From assembly GCA_963841735.1 (NCBI GenBank), contig CAWJDT010000004.1:32001-96000 (forward strand): a stretch of DNA of 64,000 nt, given 5' to 3'. Positions 58,807-64,000 of the stretch are shown here, one piece after another (position 1 is the first letter of the stretch; every line of letters starts with the position of its first letter). The notes beneath the pieces were generated by a model. The model was not told where the DNA came from and did no database searches. It was given only the letters and a program-made list of their open reading frames with translations. Made by a program: the position numbers and the translations under genes. The stretch is from an uncultured Actinomycetes bacterium. GTDB lineage: Bacteria; Actinomycetota; Thermoleophilia; RBG-16-64-13.

Positions 58807-59409
58807 ATGATTGTTGATGCTGGTCTGGTAAAGAAGCTGAGAGATGCCTGCGGAGCGGGCATCATGGAGTGCAAGATGGCCCTCGCCGAGGCAGAGGGAG
58901 ACATGGAAGAGGCTATCAAGCTCCTACGGAAGAAGGGGATGGCGAGCGCGGACAAGAAGTCCTCGCGGACAGCGAATGAAGGCATCGTTGACTACTACAT
59001 CCACCCCGGGGCGAAGGTAGGCGTGCTGATTGAGGTCAACTGCGAGACCGACTTCGTGGCGCGCAACGAGGAGTTCAAAGCGTTCGTGCACGACGTGGCG
59101 ATGCACATCGCCGCGGCGAGCCCGGCGTGGGTGTCGCGCGACGATATCCCTGAAGAAACTAAGAACGCGGAGCTTGAGATCTACTCGGCCCAGGCCAAGC
59201 AGTCGGGCAAGCCGGATGCTGTGGTGGCAAAGATCGCCGAGGGCAAACTGGCCAAGTGGTACTCCACGGTGGCCCTCCTTGAGCAGGAGTTCGTGAAGGA
59301 CTCCGAGAAGACCATTGACGGGCTGCGCCGTGAACTCGTGGGCAAGATCGGTGAGAACATCGAGATCAGGCGGTTTGCGCGGTTCCGCGTGGGCGACGAC
59401 GTGGCCTAA
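58807..59409 (+). CDS. tsf: Elongation factor Ts (short form)
   Basis: VKKLR, EVNCETDFVA, GENI.IRRF.RF. Confidence 0.97.
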   Translation: MIVDAGLVKKLRDACGAGIMECKMALAEAEGDMEEAIKLLRKKGMASADKKSSRTANEGIVDYYIHPGAKVGVLIEVNCETDFVARNEEFKAFVHDVAMHIAAASPAWVSRDDIPEETKNAELEIYSAQAKQSGKPDAVVAKIAEGKLAKWYSTVALLEQEFVKDSEKTIDGLRRELVGKIGENIEIRRFARFRVGDDVA

Positions 59410-59481
59410 GGCTACGTTCTTGATCGCGCAAAGGAGTTCGCGGTGTGCTAGTGCCGCGAGGGTGGACTTTAGCGAGGCGGG

Positions 59482-60207
59482 GTGATCCAGCAGGTGATCT
59501 ACAGAAGGGTTCTACTGAAGCTAAGTGGCGAAGCCCTTATGGGGAGCTTGACGTATGGGATCGACCCTGAGCGGCTGCGCCTGGTTGCTGAGGAGATCGG
59601 GCGTGTGGTGGCCGGCGGCACGGAGATGGCCATCGTGACCGGGGCTGGGAATATATTCCGGGGGGTGGCTGGTGCTTCCCAGGGCATCGACCGGGCCACC
59701 GCTGACTACATGGGCATGCTGGCTACCGTTATGAACTCCATGGCTTTGCAGGATGCGCTGCGAAGGCTTGCGGTGGATTCGCGGGTCTTGTCGGCGATTC
59801 ATATGCAGGAGGTTTGCGAGCCGTACATCCAGGGGCGAGCCATGCGGCATCTGGAGAAGGGCAGAGTGGTAATCTTCGCGGCCGGAACGGGCAATCCGTT
59901 CTTCACCACCGACACGGCTGCTGCTCTTCGGGCGCTGGAGATCGGGGCTGAATGCTTACTGATGGCCAAGAAGAAGTATGACGGCGTCTATGATGACGAC
60001 CCGGAGACCAATCCGGAGGCGAAGCTGATAGAGCACATCACGCACCGGGAGGCGCTGGAACGGGGCCTGCGCGTCATGGATTCGACGGCACTGTCCCTTT
60101 GTATGGACAATGATATGCCCATAGTGGTTTTCAACATGAGCGTACCCGAGAACATCGGGCGCGTGCTTCGGGGCGAGCGCATCGGCACGAGAGTCACGGT
60201 CGGCTAA
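59482..60207 (+). CDS. pyrH: UMP kinase
   Basis: [32 protein letters not shown]. Confidence 0.97.
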   Translation: MIQQVIYRRVLLKLSGEALMGSLTYGIDPERLRLVAEEIGRVVAGGTEMAIVTGAGNIFRGVAGASQGIDRATADYMGMLATVMNSMALQDALRRLAVDSRVLSAIHMQEVCEPYIQGRAMRHLEKGRVVIFAAGTGNPFFTTDTAAALRALEIGAECLLMAKKKYDGVYDDDPETNPEAKLIEHITHREALERGLRVMDSTALSLCMDNDMPIVVFNMSVPENIGRVLRGERIGTRVTVG

Positions 60208-60225
60208 AGACCAGAGGGAGGCGGT

Positions 60226-60783
60226 ATGATCCGCGAGTTGGTCGCAGACGGCAAACGACGCATGGAGGGGGCGATAGAGGCCCTGCGCGGCGAGCTCAGC
60301 TCAGTGCGCACCGGACGGGCCTCGACTGGGCTGCTCGATCGGCTCCATGTTGAGTACTATGGGGCGAAGACCCCGCTTAAACAAGTGGCAAGTCTGGCGA
60401 CACCGGACCCCAGGAGTATTTCCATCACCGTTTACGACAAAGCAGCCGTCAACTCGGTGGTGCGGGCCATCCAGGAGTCAGACCTAGGTTTGACTCCGAA
60501 CACCGATGGCGCGGTCATCCGTCTCAGCATTCCCGCGCTGACCGCTGACCGGCGCAAGGACTTGGTGAAGATGGTTAAGAACATGGCCGAAGAGAGTCGG
60601 GTGGCCATCCGGAACGTGCGTAGAGACATCATCCAAGACCTCAAGGACCTCAAGAAAGAGGGTGAGATCTCGGAGGACGAGGAGCACCGAGCCGAGGAAG
60701 AGGTCCAGAAGTTGACGGACGGCTTCATCGAGAAGATCAACGACGTACTCCACCACAAGGAAGAAGAGATCCTCGAGATCTGA
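60226..60783 (+). CDS. frr: Ribosome recycling factor
   Basis: RTGRAS, YYG..TPL, RVAIRNVRR. Confidence 0.97.
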   Translation: MIRELVADGKRRMEGAIEALRGELSSVRTGRASTGLLDRLHVEYYGAKTPLKQVASLATPDPRSISITVYDKAAVNSVVRAIQESDLGLTPNTDGAVIRLSIPALTADRRKDLVKMVKNMAEESRVAIRNVRRDIIQDLKDLKKEGEISEDEEHRAEEEVQKLTDGFIEKINDVLHHKEEEILEI

Positions 60784-60784
60784 C

Positions 60785-61570
60785 GTGGGATTACTCGGGT
60801 CGCTCAACGCTTTCTGGCGCCAAAGAGGGGACGACACTTCCGACCGGATCAAGACCGAGCCAGGGAGAGCGCTTCCTTTCCACGTAGCCATCATCATGGA
60901 CGGCAACGGCCGCTGGGCTCGTCGGCGCGGTCTGCCTGTTAATGCGGGTCACAGGGCCGGCATCAAAGCTGTGCGTAGCGTCATCGAAGCCGCACGCGAC
61001 GCGGGCATCGGCCAGCTGACTCTCTACTCTTTCTCGACCGAGAACTGGAGCCGTCCGACCGAAGAGGTGGAGGGGCTCATGAACCTCCACGCGGAGATGA
61101 TCGAAGCGGAGGTGCCTACTCTCCATAAGAACGACTGCAGGGTGCTGTTCGTGGGAAGACGGGAAGGTCTGAGTTCCTCCTTGCTTGAGAAGATGCAATG
61201 GGCGGAGACCCTGACGGCTGGTAACAAGCGCATGATTCTCTACATCGCCTTCAACTACGGCGGACGTCTTGAGATCGTGGATGCCGTGCGCGGCGCCTTG
61301 GAGGGTGGGATTGAACCGGCGGCCCTTACCGAAGCCGACATCGCAGCTCACCTTTATTCTCCGCTGATGCGCGACGTCGACTTGTGTATCCGCACATCGG
61401 GCGAGAGACGGCTGTCGAACTTCCTGCTCTGGGAATCGGCGTACGCCGAGCTGCTCTTTGTGGACACACTCTGGCCCGACTTCGGCAAGCAAGAGTTTGA
61501 CCAAGCCCTGGCGGACTACGCGCATCGCGACCGCCGCTTTGGCCGCCGGAGCGCGGAACGGCATGCTTAA
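60785..61570 (+). CDS. uppS: Undecaprenyl diphosphate synthase
   Basis: HVAIIMDGNGRWA, FSTENWSRP, IRTSGE.RLSNFLLW. Confidence 0.96.
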   Translation: MGLLGSLNAFWRQRGDDTSDRIKTEPGRALPFHVAIIMDGNGRWARRRGLPVNAGHRAGIKAVRSVIEAARDAGIGQLTLYSFSTENWSRPTEEVEGLMNLHAEMIEAEVPTLHKNDCRVLFVGRREGLSSSLLEKMQWAETLTAGNKRMILYIAFNYGGRLEIVDAVRGALEGGIEPAALTEADIAAHLYSPLMRDVDLCIRTSGERRLSNFLLWESAYAELLFVDTLWPDFGKQEFDQALADYAHRDRRFGRRSAERHA

Positions 61571-62363
61571 AAGCCGTCTGCTGGTAGCCGTCATCGGGCT
61601 TCCGGTGGGATTGGCGGCCATCATACTAGGCGGCTACTTCTTGCTCGGTCTTGCCCTTGTGTTGACGGTCCTCGGCCTTCACGAGTACTACACGCTGCTG
61701 CGGCCCTATCGGCCGAACCTTCTGGTGGGATATGTGGCGGGCGTGTGTGTAGTGGTTTGCTCGTACTTTCTTGGCGCCGAGGGCATTCTTATCGGGCTGT
61801 TGGCCCTAATGGTGCTCACATTCTTCTGGTCGCTTGTGGGGAAGTTGGGCGCGCATTTTGTCGGCAGGATGGCCATGACCGCTCTGGGAGTGGTGTGGAT
61901 AGCGGTTGGGTTCGCCTACATCGTACTGGTCCGAGAGTTCAAGCATGGTCTTGCTCTGGCCATCCTGGTGGTCGCCTGCACCGTCATGGCCGACACGTTC
62001 GCCTACTTCGTGGGGCGGGCGATGGGCCGGCATCCCATGGCACCCAGCATCTCGCCCAAGAAGTCCGTCGAGGGTGCGATCGGTGGGCTGGCAGGGTCTG
62101 TGATCGCAGCTCTGATAGTCCGGATATATTCTCCCGACTGGCTGCCGACGCGCGACGCCGTGGTGCTCGGCCTCGTCGTGGGCATCGTGGGGCAATGGGG
62201 CGATCTGTTCGAGTCGGCCATCAAACGGGACTTCAGGGTGAAAGACTCAGGGACCATTCTGCCCGGTCACGGCGGCATTCTGGACCGCTTTGATTCGATC
62301 CTCTTCGCGGGGTTGGCCGCGTACTGGCTTGCGATAGTTCTTCTCGGAGACGTGGTGCGATGA
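61563..62363 (+). CDS. cdsA: Phosphatidate cytidylyltransferase
   Basis: DTFAYF.G, ISPKKS.EG, GDLFES.IKR...KDSG..LPGHGG.LDRFDS. Confidence 0.96.
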   Translation: MLKSRLLVAVIGLPVGLAAIILGGYFLLGLALVLTVLGLHEYYTLLRPYRPNLLVGYVAGVCVVVCSYFLGAEGILIGLLALMVLTFFWSLVGKLGAHFVGRMAMTALGVVWIAVGFAYIVLVREFKHGLALAILVVACTVMADTFAYFVGRAMGRHPMAPSISPKKSVEGAIGGLAGSVIAALIVRIYSPDWLPTRDAVVLGLVVGIVGQWGDLFESAIKRDFRVKDSGTILPGHGGILDRFDSILFAGLAAYWLAIVLLGDVVR

Positions 62364-63511
62364 AGCGAGTGATCGTCTTGGGATCTACCGGTTCCATCGG
62401 GGTGCAGGCTCTCAAAGTCATCTCCGCGAGCAGCGACATGTGCGTAGTCGGTCTCTCCTGCGACCGGAACGTAGGCCTGCTGCTTGAGCAGGCCATCTAC
62501 CTTGGTGTGGCCGCAGTGGCCATAGCCGATGAGCAGGCTGCTGCTTCGGTGCCAACGGCGCTCTATCCCGAGCTGCAGGTGAGAACGGGTGCCGGAGGAG
62601 CCGCCCGATTGGTCCGTGAGGTCGAAGCCGATCTGGTTTTGAACGCTATTGTGGGATTCGCGGGATTGGAGTCGACCCTGGCCGCCCTTGAGTGCGGCCG
62701 ACAGCTTGCCTTGGCCAACAAGGAGAGCCTGGTTTGCGCGGGGGTGATGGTCACCGAGTCTGCTGCTCGCCATGGCCTGGAGATCCTGCCCGTGGACTCC
62801 GAACACAGTGCTTTGTACCAGTTGGTGGCGGCGGCGGGCATCGGAGCGGTCGAGTCGCTCGTCATCACGGGGTCGGGGGGGCCGTTTCGAGGGCTGAGCG
62901 GGGCGGATCTTGCAGGGGTGACACGCGAGCAGGCCCTGGCGCATCCGACCTGGAACATGGGCGAGAAGATATCCATCGACTCGGCCACTCTGATGAACAA
63001 AGGCCTGGAGGTGATCGAAGCGCATCACCTGTTCGGGCTTGCCTATGATCGTATCGAGGTGGTCATCCACCCGCAGTCCATAGTCCATGCGCTCGTCCGG
63101 ATGGTGGATGGCGCTCTGCTCGCCCATATGGGCATGCCCGATATGCGTGTGCCCATCGCTTACGCTCTTCATCACCCGCGCCGCCTGCCTGTTGCCATGC
63201 CGCCGGTGGACCTGACCGCCGGGCTGTCGCTGGATTTCGCGGCCCCCGACGAAGAGACTTTCCCGGCGATCGGGCTTGCCCGGGAGGCCGGGGCGCGGGG
63301 GGACGCGGTCGCCTGCGCACTGAACGCAGCCAACGAAGTGGCCGTGCGCGCATTCTTGTGCGGCGGTCTACAATTCTCGGGGATCACCGCGGTTGTGGAA
63401 GAGGTCAGCGAGCACTGTGACGGAGGCTCTTTCGGAACGTACGACGAGGTGGCGGCCGTCGACACCTGGGCGCGGCACAAGGCGACGGAAGTCTGCGCGC
63501 GGCGCTTTTGA
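62360..63511 (+). CDS. dxr: 1-deoxy-D-xylulose-5-phosphate reductoisomerase
   Basis: LGSTGSIG, LANKESL, PVDSEH, HPTW.MG.KI.IDSA, NAANE. Confidence 0.97.
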   Translation: MKRVIVLGSTGSIGVQALKVISASSDMCVVGLSCDRNVGLLLEQAIYLGVAAVAIADEQAAASVPTALYPELQVRTGAGGAARLVREVEADLVLNAIVGFAGLESTLAALECGRQLALANKESLVCAGVMVTESAARHGLEILPVDSEHSALYQLVAAAGIGAVESLVITGSGGPFRGLSGADLAGVTREQALAHPTWNMGEKISIDSATLMNKGLEVIEAHHLFGLAYDRIEVVIHPQSIVHALVRMVDGALLAHMGMPDMRVPIAYALHHPRRLPVAMPPVDLTAGLSLDFAAPDEETFPAIGLAREAGARGDAVACALNAANEVAVRAFLCGGLQFSGITAVVEEVSEHCDGGSFGTYDEVAAVDTWARHKATEVCARRF

Positions 63512-63539
63512 CTGAGCAAGAGATCGGAGGATAGTCCTG

Positions 63540-64000
63540 GTGTCTACCTTCTTAGGAGTCATCGTCGGCATCATCGGCCTGGGATTCTTGATCCTGGTCC
63601 ATGAGTTCGGCCATTTCATCGTCGCAAAAGCTACAGGCGTGAGGGTGGAGGAATTCAGTTTGGGCTTCGGCCCGTACATCTTCAGCCGCCGGCGGGGCGA
63701 GACCATCTACGGCATCTCGGCTATCCCGTTGGGTGGTTACGTCCGCGTTACCGGCATGCACAAGGAAGAGTTCGAGCAGAGGATTGCTGAGGCGAGCGAT
63801 GAGGAGGCGGGGCGGAGCCCGGAAGGCAAGGAGCGGCGACCTCAGGATCCCGAGGATAGGCTGGCGGGGAAACGGGCTCTGAGCGCACAGGAGATCGCAG
63901 CCACGCCGCTGCACCGTCGCTATTACTCGCATCCCCTTTGGCACAAGTTGTTGTTTGTAGTCGCGGGCGTGTTGATGAATGTGATCGTGGCTTTCGGGCT
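63540..64000 (+). CDS. rseP: Site-2 zinc metalloprotease (RseP/RasP), truncated by the window edge
   Basis: Not in the ORF track. LILVHEFGHF, EFSLGFGP, IPLGGYV, AGV.MN. SD GGAGG; start GTG 63540 or CTG 63537. Confidence 0.93.
   Translation, partial: MSTFLGVIVGIIGLGFLILVHEFGHFIVAKATGVRVEEFSLGFGPYIFSRRRGETIYGISAIPLGGYVRVTGMHKEEFEQRIAEASDEEAGRSPEGKERRPQDPEDRLAGKRALSAQEIAATPLHRRYYSHPLWHKLLFVVAGVLMNVIVAFG

Overview
High-GC chromosomal window from a deep-branching Actinomycetota, probably Thermoleophilia-like (inferred from actinobacterial mIHF, a WhiG/FliA sigma next to dprA-xerC, and a CWB2 surface protein). 1-25 kb is accessory and metabolic: pckG, an aminotransferase, a CTAG-flanked MITE-like element, three minor type IV pilins, an MFS transporter, an ECF sigma with a BNR-repeat anti-sigma, a CWB2 beta-propeller protein, an ALDH1L1-like formyltransferase, a PocR/PAS kinase-RR-hybrid kinase trio, rpiB, an SDR, lemA and a decayed hydrolase. 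25-64 kb is mostly core genes: carB-pyrK-pyrD-mihF-gmk-rpoZ-coaBC, plsX-acpP-rnc-smc-ftsY-ffh-rpsP-khpA-rimM-trmD-lepB, rplS-lepB-rnhB-yraN-comM-dprA-xerC-whiG, and rpsB-tsf-pyrH-frr-uppS-cdsA-dxr-rseP. Two minus-strand regulatory blocks interrupt the core. Best leads: (1) a divergent RpoD paralogue with a perfect LexA box inside a predicted promoter; (2) an ECF sigma with an RsbN/DUF5667-like anti-sigma plus a secreted, repeat-tailed paralogue of its outer domain, lying between two signal peptidase genes; (3) at least four conserved genes that appear to need CTG or ATC starts; (4) sigma28/WhiG-type promoters before the pilin operon and before a 22-codon zinc-ribbon micro-ORF; (5) a PyrR element on a carB separated from carA. 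No rRNA, tRNA, CRISPR array or transposase was seen. All family calls come from reading motifs by eye; no database searches were run.
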